DNA of 64,000 bases from the human T2T-CHM13v2.0 reference genome, Homo sapiens. The stretch lies in assembly GCF_009914755.1 (NCBI RefSeq), contig NC_060940.1. One strand, 5' to 3'. Position 1 is the first letter of the stretch; each line of letters starts with the position of its first letter. Under the pieces are notes generated by a model. The model worked only from the letters and a program-made list of their open reading frames with translations. It was not told the DNA's origin and did not search any database. Position numbers and translations under genes: made by a program. Below are positions 12,292-28,380 of the stretch, in pieces.

Positions 12292-15200
12292 TCCCATGTG
12301 GGGAACGACTCTGTCCAGCTTGATGTCTGTGCCTAAAACCTCGCCTGCTGCTGCTGGCCGCAGGCCAGTGAAATTCACAGACCCACTTCTCAGAGGGTGG
12401 GCAGGTGTGTCTGCTAATCTGAGAGACCCCAGGCCCCTTCTCTTTTTATGTTTGTGGGAGGAATGGCTGAGACCCCAAAGCTGTGGGCTGCTGCTCTTTG
12501 GAGGACTTGAGACATTGTGAGAGCTGTCACCTCCTCCTGGAAGCCCCTGCCTGCTGTGGTCAGCCATGGCCACTCACTCTCCTGGGGCATCTGCTGGCCT
12601 CCCTCAGTGACTTGGCTGTTGGCTGTCATTTTCTTTCCACCTCATTCCCCCAACTAGACAGGAAGCTGTCAGTCCTCAGCCTCCTTATCTGTAAAATGCA
12701 GTTTGCGAGATAATCCCCAGCTCCCCCAGCTCCCCCAGCTCCGAGACTTGCAGGAGCAGAGAAAGAGGCCATGAAGCTGGCAGGGGCGCAAAGGAAGCAG
12801 GGCGTTGTTCCAGGGAAGGGAGAGCAAGTGAGCCAGGGACCGAGGGTGGGGCTTTGAAGATGCTGTGAATCCAGGGTAGCAAGTGTAGTGGTGCCTTTGT
12901 TTTTTCATCTGTAGAATGGGGATAATGGGACTGGTCTCCAAGGGTGGATATGAGTGCTGGGTGAGTTAACACACATCACATGTGTAAACAGGGCCTGGAC
13001 CATAGTAGGTGCTATGGTTACTATTAAAATTGCTACATTTAGTTAATTAAAATAAATATTAAATCAATATTTGTCGTGCCTGTTGTGTGCTCAGAATACA
13101 GCAGTGAACAAAACAGACCCCCTTCATGGGGGCGATCCTACTTGGGGGCGATGGATGGGAAACAAGGAAGTAAGTGAAACCTATTTAGAATTTGTACGAT
13201 GGAGGGGAGTTAATTGCTTCTCAACCCTGACAAGTGAAAAGAAAAGTGAGAAGGACTTTGAAGGACAAAGACCAATTAAAATTTCAGCCTTTCAGCAAGG
13301 ATCAAATCAGATTTATGGTTGTTTCATCCAGTGATAAAACCCTTTGAATGGATGACGATGTCTCAAAGTAGCAAAGTGGGGTGCGGGAGAGCTCAGTTTT
13401 AAATTTGGTGAGCTTTTGTGCACGTGCTTCCAGGGATTTGGTATCACAGCTGTCTCCTCCAACAGCAAGAAGAGAAGGTTCATAAAGGCACACCATCCCA
13501 GTAGAGGCGGGGGTCAGCCCCCTGCGGACCCTGGACCCCTGGGAACACAGTTTGAAACCTGGTGCTCCATCTCTTGGGCTTCTTCCCAATTAAAATGAGC
13601 AGAGTCTTACATTCTGTGAAACTGAATGGGAGCCAAGGGGTCAAAGGACAAGTTCAAGAGGGAGAAGCCAGTGCCGCTTGGCGGGCAGTGCCCGGGACAC
13701 CCACCCACAGCCTGGCAGCTGGGCCATTTGCTTACTGCTGGCTGGCTGGGGGGTTCAACAGTTGGAAGAGGCCATAAAAGTGGATTGCACAGATGCCCTG
13801 ATGCTGGGCCTCGTAAGGGGTGTCCGGGCTGTGGGGATGTCTAGGCGGAGAGGGAGGTGTAGACCCTGGGCCTCCCAGGCACAGTGATGGGGCAGCTGGA
13901 GCTGGTGGTGCCCATGCAACAGTCCACCCTCCTCCAACCCCTGCCTGACAGCCTTGCATAGCCCGGGGGACTCAGTAGCTTGGGGCTCCCCTCTGCTCAG
14001 GCAGACCTAGGGCTCTGATGGCTCCCATTTATGAGAACAGCTGTCACTTGGAAGGACCTGCTACCTGTCCTCCGAGATGTGTTTTTCATACCTTGTATTG
14101 GTCCTCTCCACCAGTAACCCCTCATGGATGAGTGATTGTTACTGTGTAGGAAGAACTTGGGGCTCAGTGAGGTTGAGCCACTTTTCCAAGAGGCCACTTA
14201 GAGCTGGAGCTCATTATAAGTAGGGGTCTCTAGGAACTGTTTCTAAACAACCCCCGAACCCAGCTGGTGGCTCCCAGAAGGGTCTCTGGAAGCAAGGCGA
14301 CTGTCTCATTGTTTCATTAGTTTGAGCCCTACGGGGCCTTAGGACACAGCCAGCTTGGAGAAGTCACTCTAATAACCCATCTTGCCGGTGATGCCCAGGC
14401 CTCGGCAGACTGGCTGTCCGAGGGTGTCTGGGCCTGGGCAGCCGAGGTCTTGTTAACCCCAAATCCCACAGGACTCGCATAGAGTGCAGAATCCCGGTTT
14501 TCTGAATTGGTGCTAAAGGCTCAGTGGCCTGGCCCTGCTGTGAAGCCACAGGGCTTGTGCTCTGGGAGCCTTGGCCGACACAGGTGCCCCGCCGCCTCCT
14601 CTGCTGCTGCAGCCTCAAGGGCTACAAAGAAAGCTCCTTCTGCCCGTGCAGCGTGGGCTCCTGGGTCCCCTGCAGGCCACCATGGCTGCTGCTCCAGCTG
14701 TGGTCCCCCCAGAGGCTTCTCCAGGCAGTGCCTGCCGACTCTCCGGTGCTTCCCTTATTTTATTCCTCTTCCGGGCACTAAGTTTCGGTTTCCTTTTCAT
14801 TGTTCTTTGTTGGTCTGTTCATTCATTCATGCATGCATGTGTTGGTTCATTCATTCATTCTCAGAGTACCATGGTGGCTCTGAGGACAGAGGTCAGACCC
14901 AGCTGGGTTGGAACCTGCTGCTCCCTAGCAGTGGGCCTCTGGGCAGATGTTTTAACCATAGAACTCGTCTTCCTTGTCTGAAAACGTGGCTCCTTCTAGG
15001 ACAGTCAAGAAGGTTCAATGAAATGATGGATGTGGAGCCCCAGGACGTGACCTGAGGATGGTGCTTGTCATGTTGGGGTCTGTGTCCCTCCCTTGGGCAC
15101 ATTCTCTCCTTCCTTCCTTTCCAGCTTCCTGAGGACGGTCCAGTGCCGGGGGCTGGGCACAGGCCTGAGTGAGATGCGGCCCTTGTCCCCCGGCCTTTTT

Positions 15201-15379
15201 GGTCTGGGTCCTCACCTCTGCACCGAGTCCCCCTGGGGCTGCTCGGCAGCTCTGAGGGGGCCACTCTGCCTCTGCCCAGTGGTCCTGCTTTCTCACGGGG
15301 GTTATCAGGCCTCTGCTCCTCGCGCCTCACTCTGAGAGGGTCCTTCCACCTGACTCATGGCTCCCATCCCTCCATGCCC

Positions 15380-16160
15380 CTGCCCAGGTGCCCACACATG
15401 TGTGCCCCAGAACATGGCTGCACACACTTGCATACCCCACGAGCACACACGTGTGTGCATGCATACACCCCATGGTCCTTGAGCACACATGTCCTGGGCC
15501 CTGGCATGCACTCCCCCAGGCGTCATGTATACACACAGTCCACACGTTTGCAAACGGGCAGACACACCTCCCTCTTGCACATCCGTGCACACCCAGCCCA
15601 TATCTTCCTGCCCCTGCGTGTGCACACAGTCCCAGTTAGTTTACACCGTGCACACCTCTCCATACATACAGGTTCCCAGCTGTGCGACCACTCACCCACA
15701 CGTATGCATTTATTTTTTAACACACACATGCATACCATTTAGTAGGACCCCATGTACAAGCATCTGAGTGCTTTACAAATTCAAATGTATTTAATCCCCC
15801 TATCAACACTAGGAGGTAGTTTCTGTTATTAGCGCCATTTTACAAATGAGGAAACTGAGGTGTAGAGCAGTTAGATCGGTGTAGAGAAGCTAGATCGTGT
15901 GCTCAAGGCTTCAGTCCAGGCTCTTGGCCCTGACACGATGCTGTTTGCCTGTTGAAGATGTGTGTGCATGCATGCACCATTCACACTGTGAACGTGTCCC
16001 AGCATGGCCACACCCCCTCACCGTATACACATATGGCCATGAGCACTCAATCTCAAGGTCATGGATGCACATGCCTCACACCTATGCATGGAAGGACACT
16101 CGGCACACATACTTGTCTCTGCACACACACACCACTTGCACACCCATGTACACATGTGCC
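15380..16160. repeat. CA/TG-rich low-complexity region interrupted by an antisense MIR (about 15760-15935)
   Basis: Dense cacacatg/gcatgc/tgtgca motifs; MIR core attttacaaatgaggaaactgagg at about 15837-15860. Confidence 0.75.
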
Positions 16161-17030
16161 CCAAGCCTCGCCCCAATCTCCAGCTCCCTTTCAGAGTCCC
16201 TTCTAGGATATTCTCTGATTTCTCCCAAGTGCCCAGTTCGGGAGGGAAGTGACTGCACAGATCTGGACCTGGCGATGACCTCTGAGTGGGAGGCAGCCCT
16301 GGCTGAGCTGTCTCCTCACCTTAGCATCCGCCTGTCCCGGCGCCCATGTAGCTTCCTTGTCATCCATCTTCTGGGCTGGCCCAGGACACGTGCCCCCATC
16401 CCAGCCTCCAAGAATCTGGGAATGTCCTTAGCAGACTGGGCTGGCATGTGGCCTCTGCCCGGGGAGCAGAGGTGGCTCCCCAAAGGCTTCCTGAGAAGTG
16501 GTGGAGGAGACTCAGCTTCCCCGTCCAGTCCTTTACCCCTCCTTTACCCAGCAGCGCCCTCTGAATCTGAAACAGTTTTGGGGGCGGCAGCTCCGGTCCT
16601 GCCCAGCAACTCGCAGTTGTTGCCTGTGGCATTCAGATTCAAGTCTGGGCTTGTCAGCCCGGGCGAGACTCTCCTATTTTGGCCCTATGGGAGGCATCCA
16701 AACTCCTCTGCCCTTGCCTTCCGGGGCGCCCCACGCACTCTGGGCTTCACCTGGCTCCTCTGCTTTGCTTGGGCTGCTGACTTCTGGAGGAGCCCTTTCT
16801 TCCTTCTCTCTCCTGATGCAGAACATACCCAGTCTCCCTGGGGCAATTGGCCTTCTTCAGCCACTCCTTGGTCTCTGCTCCTCTTTCCCTCCCTCACTCT
16901 GTGTCCTGCCAGCCCCAGCCTCTGGCGACTTTTAGAGCTGGTGCGCAGTCCTGCCTGAGCATCGGTGAACATGAAGCCATGGGCTGTGGCTTAACGATTC
17001 TTTTGGTGAATTTTGATTCTTTATCAAAAT

Positions 17031-17290
17031 TTCCTTCCTTCCTTCCGTCCTTCCTTCCTTCCGTCCTTCCTTCCTTCCTTCCTTCCTTCCTTCCTTCCTT
17101 CCTTCCTTCCTTCCTTCCTTCCTTCCTTCCTGCCTCCCTCCCTGCCTGCCTCCCTCTGTCCCTCCCTCCCTCCCTCTCTCCTTTCCTCCCTTCCTCCTTC
17201 TCTCTCTCCTTCTCTCCCTCCTCCCTCCCCTCCCTCCCTCTCTCTCTCTCCCTTCCTCCCTCCCTCCCTCCTTCTTTCCTCCCCCTTTTC
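17031..17290. repeat. (CCTT)n microsatellite grading into C/T low complexity
   Basis: Directly visible; nearly pure pyrimidine, continuous with the Alu poly(T). Confidence 0.95.
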
Positions 17291-17755
<465 letters not shown>

Positions 17756-18335
17756 TGAGAAATCATTGGATTGCGCAGGTGCCCTCTGCCAATTGGTTAG
17801 CAAGTTTTTACGAGCAAATCTGGTGGTTATCCTTTGGAAAATAAGCAAAGGCAAACCACTTCCTGCCACTTCCAGGAGCTGCTCAAGTGCCGGAGCTTTC
17901 TAAGACCTACTGAGAATCTGAAACTTCAGGCCAGCGTCCTCCGTTTTCCTGGAGAACGCAGTAATTTGTGTTGGTGAAATTCCACTGGGCCCGATGGGGT
18001 TGGAGATTGCATTTCAGTCTTGTCTTGCTAAGGAATTTCTGAGATCGAGTAATTTGGCAAGAAGAGAAAAGGAGAACAACTTTGGGTTGTGACGCACGGG
18101 CAGCAAATGCCCGTCCTATTTTGGGACTGGTGCCTCCTGCTTTGCGTGTGCCACACAGCCTCAGGGGACCTGAAGCCCCTCTTTGGCCCCAGGGGGAGCT
18201 CTGGCAGTGCCCTGTGCCACGCATTGTATCGGGCTCCTTGCACTCCTTCTTACTTGACTTATAAGGTTACGCTATTAAATAGCGTCATCTGCAGAACAGC
18301 CCTAAATTCTTGAATGGGGAGAGAAAATGCGGTAG

Positions 18336-18731
<396 letters not shown>

Positions 18732-19061
18732 TAAGTCCTTGTGCCTTCCTTGCCTGATTTATGAAATGGCAACAATCCTGGGGATGATGGGAGGACTTTT
18801 TTATTCAGTCAACACATGAGTGGTGCCTACTATATGCTAGGCCCTATTCTAAGTGTTGCAACTATTAAATAGAGTAGTCTGCAGAGCAGCCCTAAGGGGC
18901 AGCTACTGCCTAGCTCCGATGAGGAAACTGAGGCCCAGAGAGGTTAAGTAACGTACCCAGCTGCTAGGAGGCAGGGCTGGGCTTCAGACCATGGAGTCTG
19001 GACCCGGGACCTGGGCTGACAGTTGCAGCATAACAAGGATTAGGTGAGATGCTACATCAGT

Positions 19062-19170
19062 GAGGTGACCACTTGTCCTGTTTTGCCTGGACAGTCCCAG
19101 TTTACACTTGTAGTCCTAGTAAAGTGATCAGTGACGCTTCATTTCATTCATAGATTACATGGTCAACTTA
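19062..19170 (+). mobile_element. MER94-like hAT-Blackjack MITE
   Basis: Termini ggtgacca... / ...atggtcaactta; internal gcctggacagtcccagtttacac. Confidence 0.65.
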
Positions 19171-19929
19171 TGTATTGAGTATTCAGGACAATCCTGGGGA
19201 CATGGTGGCACTGCCTCCATGTGAGCAATGGAGGGGGAGGTGACATGGCCACAGAGCACCCAGCCTGGCTCGCCTGGGGGTGCCTGGGTTACCCGCAGAA
19301 CGGAGATGTCCTCGTTCATTAACTCATTCGCTCAGCGATCCATGGGCCTGTCACGTGCGCCAGGCATTTGGGCGTCATGCTGATGGCTGGGCGAGGATGG
19401 GGAGGACTCAGACAAAAGAAGACAGCCAGCAGGCTCTGGGAAATGAAGTCACATCCAAGACCTGCCCTTGTGAGAAATGTCAAGTGTTACCGTTATCATC
19501 ATATTCCCATTGCTTTGTTTGGCAAATTATGACAATATGGCTGTTAACTAAGCAGATTCTGATTACCTATTGTTTGAATGCAAAAAACAAAACAAAAAAA
19601 GAAGCAAGAAAAAGCCTTCTGGCTATGTGACCAGTATTTAGAAATTTCCATTCCTGAACAGGCCTCAGGGCAGAGCCAGTCCCCAGGCTGTGCGGAGCCA
19701 CTGCTGTCCCTGCAATGCCGGGTAATCACTTTGTCTTTGCTGCTGCATCCATCACGCCCTGTCTCTCTGTCCTTAGATATGTTTGCGTGATGTCGTGGGA
19801 TGTGGCTTTCCCAGGCAGTCTGTTAAGCAGCCAGAGATCTACTCTGGCCTCCTTGTTGATGTTTCATTAAAGAGCTGCCCTAGTTCAGCACATCCTAAAT
19901 ATTACAGCTAAAGAACACAGGCCCCGGAG

Positions 19930-20040
19930 TACGGTGACCAGTTTGTTCTGATTTGCCCAATACTGTCCCAATTATACTGAAAGTCTTGAATTCCAGGAGA
20001 TCCCTCAGTCCCAGGGAAACCGGGATACATGGTTACCCTG
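19930..20040 (+). mobile_element. MER81-like hAT-Blackjack MITE
   Basis: tacggtgacca...actgaaagtc...ccctcagtcccagggaaaccggga...ggttaccctg with terminal inverted repeats. Confidence 0.7.
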
Positions 20041-20201
20041 CTCTGGAGTGAACACAGCCCTGGGTCATCATCTGTGGCTCTGCTGTGTGACAGCCGGGTG
20101 CTTGATGGTGAAGAGTTTCCCCCTGGTATGAGCAGTCAGTGTTATCCCTGGTCTCAGTGGATCACTGGGTCGCCTGCCTAGTCCCAGATACCTCTGATCC
20201 C

Positions 20202-20503
20202 TTTATTTTAATTTTTATTTTTTGAGGCAGGGTCTCTGTGCACCCAGGCTGGAGTGCAGTGGCAACAATTATGGCTTACTGCAGCCTTGACCCCCCAGGC
20301 TCAAGCCATCCTCCCACCTCAGCCTCCCGAGTAGGTGGGACCATAGATACATGCCACTGCACCTGGCTAATTTTTAAATTTTTTTGTACAGACAGGTCTC
20401 TCTGTGTTGCTGAGGTTGTTCTTGAACTCTTGAGCTCAAGCGATCCTCCTGCCCTGGCCTCCCAAGGTGCTGGGATTATAGGCCTGAGCCACCGCGCCTG
20501 GCC
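20202..20503 (-). mobile_element. Alu (AluJ-like)
   Basis: gaggcagggtctc...ggctcaagccatcctcccacctcagcc...accgcgcctggcc. Confidence 0.95.
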
Positions 20504-20846
20504 TTCTGCCCCATTGAGGTGCCAGTCTGGTCACCTTATCTCACTGTGGATGTCTAGAAGTGAATTCTGAATCTCAACCCACTGCCTTGTTCTGAGGTTG
20601 CCTGAACCCCATGGCACCCCTCCAGATCCCTGAGCGGATCACCAGGCCTGTCAGTGACAGACGTCATCACCTGGGAACAGGGCAGGATGTGGCTGAGTAG
20701 CTGACATGTAATGAGGGCGTGTTCACACCTGGCCCTGTGCTCCATGGACTTTATATTTAAATCCTCACATGCCAACTGTCATTTTATAAATGGAGAGGTG
20801 AGGCTTGGGAAGGTTCAGTTATTTCACCAGTGTTAGAAAAAGGTCA

Positions 20847-21571
<725 letters not shown>

Positions 21572-21794
21572 CTATCTGCAGAGCTTGTTACCAGCCTCTA
21601 GGGAGAGAAATGAGGAGAGCAAGAGTGAGGGTGTGGAACCCTTTTAGCATTTTGACATTCCAATGAAATTTTCATTATAGTTTTCAAAAATATTGGTTTA
21701 CAGTGGATTGGAAAGAAAATAAAAATGGGTCTTTTCCCACAGACAGTTTGGAAAGTGCTGCTTTAGACCCTGCTCTTTTGACCCCTTGAATCAG

Positions 21795-22130
21795 CCAGTG
21801 AGGCTGGGCTGTGCAACGGTAACAGGCAGCGCAGCTGCTCCACACACCTGAGGTTTATTTCTCCTTCATGCTAAATGTCCAGGGCACATCAGTCGGGAGC
21901 CTTGCTCATCTGATCGTGCAGTGACCCAGCCGATGGAGGGCCCGTCTCAACATGTGCTTCTGCTGTCCTGGAGGCAGGACGGGGGTGTGGCCACTTGTAC
22001 AGGACACACATCACTGCTCATGGTTCATTGGCCAGCACAAGTCACATAGCCACACCTATAATTTATAGGGGTGGGTGAAGAGGGAAGGGAAGTGGAATCC
22101 CTCATGTGTTCTGAAAAAGGAGAGAACTGG
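21795..22130 (-). mobile_element. old MaLR LTR (MLT1J/K/L-like)
   Basis: gtttatttctc...cacacatcactgctcatggttcattggccagcacaagtcacatagccacacct is typical antisense old MLT1. Confidence 0.55.
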
Positions 22131-22486
22131 GCCTGTGTGGAGGCCATGTTGTTGTTTCGCTTCTGCCTGTTCTTGCTTCCATGTGGGCCTGGTCCTCCAG
22201 ACCCCACGCCTGGAGAGCTGCTGATCTTGTGCGTTTTGTCCATTTGCACCCTGGTTTTCAAAGGCAGCGGGGTCTGTGAGCCCCAGAGCCTCAGCTGGGA
22301 CCTGCTGGGCCGAGTTTCTGGTCCCTCTTGGAGCTTTAGTGCTTTCTTAGTTTGGGAACTGAAAGCCTTGTCTGTTTCCCCAGACTGTGAAGAAAGTTAT
22401 GAGTAGTGTCAGGGAGCTCTGCACAGAAACTTTGGCCAAGATCATTTCCCTCTTGTAAGCTGGGTCTCTCTTTGAGTCTCTCCTCA

Positions 22487-22822
<336 letters not shown>

Positions 22823-22831
22823 TCAGGAACA

Positions 22832-23060
22832 GTAAGAACTGCCGTTCATTGAGTGCTTATTACATGCTGTCACATTGCTGAGCAGTTTACACACGTTGTC
22901 TCTATTCATCCTCCTGCAACCCTAACAGGTGGGACCCCTCTTAGCCTCATTTTATTGATGAGGAAACCAAGGCTCGGAGAGGTTAAGGAACTTCCTGCAG
23001 CTCACGTAGTTAGAAACTGGCGAAGCTGATTGGATCTAGGCCTGTGTGATCCTGAGCCTA
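22832..23060 (-). mobile_element. MIR SINE
   Basis: cattgagtgcttattac...gatgaggaaaccaaggctcggagaggttaagg. Confidence 0.75.
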
Positions 23061-23428
23061 CACTCAGGACCGTTCTGATCCTGACCAGTACTTACTGATT
23101 TGGGGTCTGAGAAGACAGTAATGAGCAAGGGCCCCCAGAGAAGTTTTCTGACCTTCACAAAGCCCTGCTGAGATCTTGACCTCTGTTCTTAAGAGGTGGA
23201 TCTTGCCTCAGTTATGCTCAGCCATTTCATTACACAGGAAGACCTCATTCTTCCTTACATTGCAATTTATTGTTTTTTAAAGAAACTGGCCTTGTATTGT
23301 GGAAATAACATTGGAAAATGGAGATTAAAATGGGTAATGGAAATAACAATCAGTAATGGCTTAAGAACAGAAGCTTGATTGGGGAAAAGTCTTCCGAATA
23401 GAAAGATGATCAAGTGGGAAGAAAATAA

Positions 23429-23739
<311 letters not shown>

Positions 23740-23780
23740 TCAAAGCCTTGTTCCTGAATGTCCTCTAAAGAAAGATCATC

Positions 23781-24134
<354 letters not shown>

Positions 24135-24949
24135 CTAAAGATAAGCCTAAAACTACGTTTCTCAAACTGGGATATGTGCAGCCTGTGAGGGTGTCAGGAG
24201 TTTGAGAAACCATAGGCTAAATTGGGTGTGTCCTCTATGTGTGTCCACTTGACTTGTGGATTCAGAGGGAAAAGATTAAGTAATTTAACTAATATATAAT
24301 TTAGAACATGGCTCATCTTCTTGGAATGAGCATTTTCCTTGAGGGGTGGAAAGGTTAAGTCGTTTAATTGGTGCGTAATGTAAAACATGGCTCCCCTTTG
24401 TGGGAACATCCACTTTAGACAATTTGGTGAAGGGAGAAAAGGTGAAACCATTTAATTCAGGAGTCATTGGAGATATTATTTTGCTGTTAAAGTGTGCACA
24501 GATGTGGAGTGGAATGCAAATTCACAAGGCTCATTAAGATTAACCAGGAGACCTGAGTGGAATCTCCTGGTTGGGGTGGCCGCAGATCACTTTGCGTTTG
24601 CCCTGCTTTATATTTGGGGTTCTTGGGGGAACAAGAGGACTGGGTTCTGGGGAAGGGCTGTGAGGGTAGCACTCAGTAGTACTGGGGTGTGAGTCCCATT
24701 GCTGCCTGGGACACTGGCCCAGCCTGCTGGAGCTGGACTGATCCGGTGATTTTTGCCTTTCTTGGTTTATTTCCCATTTGGTTTTCCCAGGCTTTTAGTA
24801 GAGCCCACTTGGGCAATGCCAACCTATCCACCCATGCTTAACGGAGGAATCAGAGATGATTGAACAGAGAGGAACAAAGCAGGAGCATTCCTCCCCCAAC
24901 CTTGTTCTAGAGACAAAGTGAGTGCTACATCCTCTACTTTATATTATTT

Positions 24950-25500
24950 TGAAATATTAAATGTGTGCATTTATTTTTGAATAGATAGGACTTTCATATG
25001 ATGCACAGCTCAGGAAATCTATAAGGAAATGTGGTGAAAAGTCCCTCTTGCCCTGTGGCCCGGCTGGCTTATCTCCTCCCCAGAGGCCACAGCATCCCTG
25101 GTTTCTGATCATCTCCTTTGTGGACATAATTAGGTACATAGACGCAAATACGTACAAATTTGGTTTGTTTAAACGAATGATAGAATCCTGTGCACATTTT
25201 CCTGTAATATTTTCTCACTAAACAATAGTGAGGAATGGTTGCATATCAGGACAGCTTCCCTGTTCTCTTTTTGTGGTTACAGAGCATTCTACTCCATAGC
25301 TCTATTTGGTCATTTTCTTACTGATGGCTGTTTTTGCAGCCTTTTACTCTTTCAAGCAATGCCATGTGATTATCCATGTATATATATCTTTGAGACAAAT
25401 GCAAAAATGTCTCTGGGAAAAATTCCTAGAAATGAAATGTCTGAGTCAAAGGTTATGCACCTCTGGAATATTGATAGGTATTTACAGACTGCATTGGGAG
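24950..25500 (-). mobile_element. old L1M fragment
   Basis: AT-rich; aaattcctagaaatgaaatgtctgagtcaaaggttatgcac...ttgataggtatttacagactgc. Confidence 0.6.
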
Positions 25501-27189
25501 TTTCAGCACTCTCCATCAGTCTGAGAGGGTGCTCCGTGAGACAGATCTCAGGACAGCTCCTGCAGGCCTGGGATGGTGTGCAGAATGATCTGATCATGCC
25601 TGAGGGACCCACGTAGGCCCCAGGATGGGGATCCTCATGGTGTCTCAGGGCCCCTTCTGATGTATGCTTTTGTCAACTGTGCACTGGGGTTGGGAAGTAC
25701 TTAGGAGAGCAAGTGTCATGTCTGGAGTGGTTCTCCCTTGGCCTTGCCTGCCATTCCTTTGCTCAGCGTGGAGTCTCCCCTACTCCAGGAATGAACTCTT
25801 GAATACAATTCAGGTTCCCTTTCCCTTAGCCTTAAGAGCAGCAGCTTTTATGATGGGAAGGGAATCATTCATTTTATTTTTTTCAAATAAAGATCTACTC
25901 TTCAGAGAGAAAAAGTGCCAGCAGGTCCTCATGAAGAACAGATTCATTCAGGTGTCTGCAGGTGTCACCAACACCGTGTGCTCCCCGTGTGGCAGACCTC
26001 CTGTGTCCTCAGCTGTCATTGCCCCACAGGGCTCTCTTTAGCTCCATCCTATAGATGCGCAAGCAGGTGCAGAGAGATGTGGCATGGGCAGGACCACCCA
26101 GCTGGAGAGCCCACCGGAATGATGCTGATGTGCCCTCAGCCTGCACAGTTCCCTGCCTGTGTGTGTGTCTGGGGGCTTGCTTCCTGTCACCTAGCTCGGC
26201 ATAACACATTGGTGGGAGTTTGGCTTTGGAGATAGGCACTTGGGTTTGACATTGGGGCTGCCTCCTTCCTGCGTGCACTGCCTCTGGCACCTCTCTGAGC
26301 TTCTGGTTTTTTAGCTCTAAAAATGGGAATGACTTTCATGTTGGTGCCTGATGTGCAGGTACTCGGGGGTCATAGTCTGGCTGTCTTTCCCTTCCGCCCA
26401 CTCTGTCCGCCTCCCTCTGGTCATCCTGAGCAGGTTGAGCCAGGGCGGCCCTAAGCAGAGCCCTACCCTAGGGTTGGGGTCAGGGCTCCAACCCTGGTTT
26501 CAGGAATGCTGCCTGGATAACCCAAGGGCATGGTCTGAACAGATGTCTCTTGAGGCCTACCTGCCCCAGCTGCACATCCTTGGGGCTGGGTCTTAACTGG
26601 GACCCAGACCCCTCAGCTTGCTGTCTTCCTGTCTCCCTTAACCAGGGAGGAGAGAACAGGTGAGTTTCCTGGTGGGCAGGAGCATGGAAGTGTGATGGAT
26701 CTGATGCAGTGATTGGCTGGGGGCCCCTTTGTCAGGAGCTCCGGACATCCTGCCCTCACGGAGAAGTCCTGCCCCAAAGGAAGTATGCCTGAATCAGACC
26801 TGGCTGGCAAATTGAACCTCATTTTCTGATCAATTTCCATCAGGATTTTAGATGAGGATGCTTTTCCTGTATCTTTAATGGGGCGTTTGGCAAAAGCTCT
26901 GCTCACTTTGGCTGTGACTTTGTCTCTTGGGCCTCTATCAAGGTATTGACGACAGTGACGTCAGCATCCTGCTGCGGGGCTGCCACCCTCTTTGTGTTAT
27001 AGTTCTCAAGGTCTGATCGGGGACGAGGGGGTGCTCACTCCTCACAGCTGCCCAGGAGCTCCACGGAGCAGGTGTCAGGGCCCTTGTTTCCCTGGGTGTG
27101 AGTCGCCCAAGTGGGACCATGATGGCCGCCCTCATCACTTCATCACTGATGTTTTTGCTAATAATAATGATGACAATGTCAATAATGGT

Positions 27190-27420
27190 AGTGTTATTAC
27201 CACCTAACATTATTATGTGCTCTCAGCTAAGCACTTGGTTTGGATTAGTTTAATCCTTTGACAGTCTTCTGAGGAAACACTATTGTTAGTAGCCCTGTTT
27301 AGGAGGTGAGTAAACTGAGGTTTAGCAAGCAAAGGGACATGCACAAAGTCACACAACCAGCCAGGCACAAAGCCAGGATTTAAGTCCTGGAGGTGCGATT
27401 CCAGGTCTTTTCAAAATTAC
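27190..27420 (-). mobile_element. MIR SINE
   Basis: gtgagtaaactgaggtttag...aaagtcacacaaccag...agccaggatttaag. Confidence 0.65.
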
Positions 27421-27518
27421 ACTTCACTACCACCTTTCTCAGATACTGTGATGGACCAGTCCAAGACCAATGTTTTTTTTTCCTTCATTAAAACAAAAAA
27501 AATCACAAATCACAAACC

Positions 27519-27829
<311 letters not shown>

Positions 27830-28370
27830 TAACTTTGGGAAATTTTAAAACATATACTGAGAGCATGGGGGAGTAAAATGAACCCCCATGTACTCATCAT
27901 CTGCTTCAACAGTTCCCAGCTTATGATGAGTCTTGGGGTGTAGCTGCCTCTGTATGCTTCCCTCTCTCCCAGCCACTGTTTAGATGCAAATCCCTGACAT
28001 GCTGTTAGTTCATCAGAAATGACTTAAATAGGAATCTCTAAAAAATAAAGTATCTTTTAACAAATAGATATAAATGTAATACCATCCTCATGCCTAAGAA
28101 ACTAACAATAATTCCTTGATATCAAATGTCCAATGTTCACATTTCCCTAGTTATTTCATTCATGATTTTTACTATTGGTTTGCTCATTTAAGATTCCGGA
28201 CGTGGTCTACACCCTGTATTTGCTTACTGAAGGTTTTACAATCTCTTTAAGTTAGTCATCTGCCCTGTAGAATTTTCCATATTCTGAGTTTTGCTGATTG
28301 CTTCCTCATGGTGTCATTTAACACATTCCTCTGTTCCCTGTATTTCCTGTAGATTTCCTGCATACCTTGT
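27830..28370 (-). mobile_element. old L1M (L1MC/ME-like) fragment
   Basis: aatgaacccccatgtactcatcatctgcttcaac...aacaataattccttgatatcaaatgtcc. Confidence 0.6.
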
Positions 28371-28380
28371 GAATTCCTAG

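Noticed and set aside
15897-16958. Longest ORF (353 aa)
   Set aside because: Starts at GTG inside a MIR, crosses CA-rich low complexity, and has no recognisable domain; consistent with chance in GC-rich DNA
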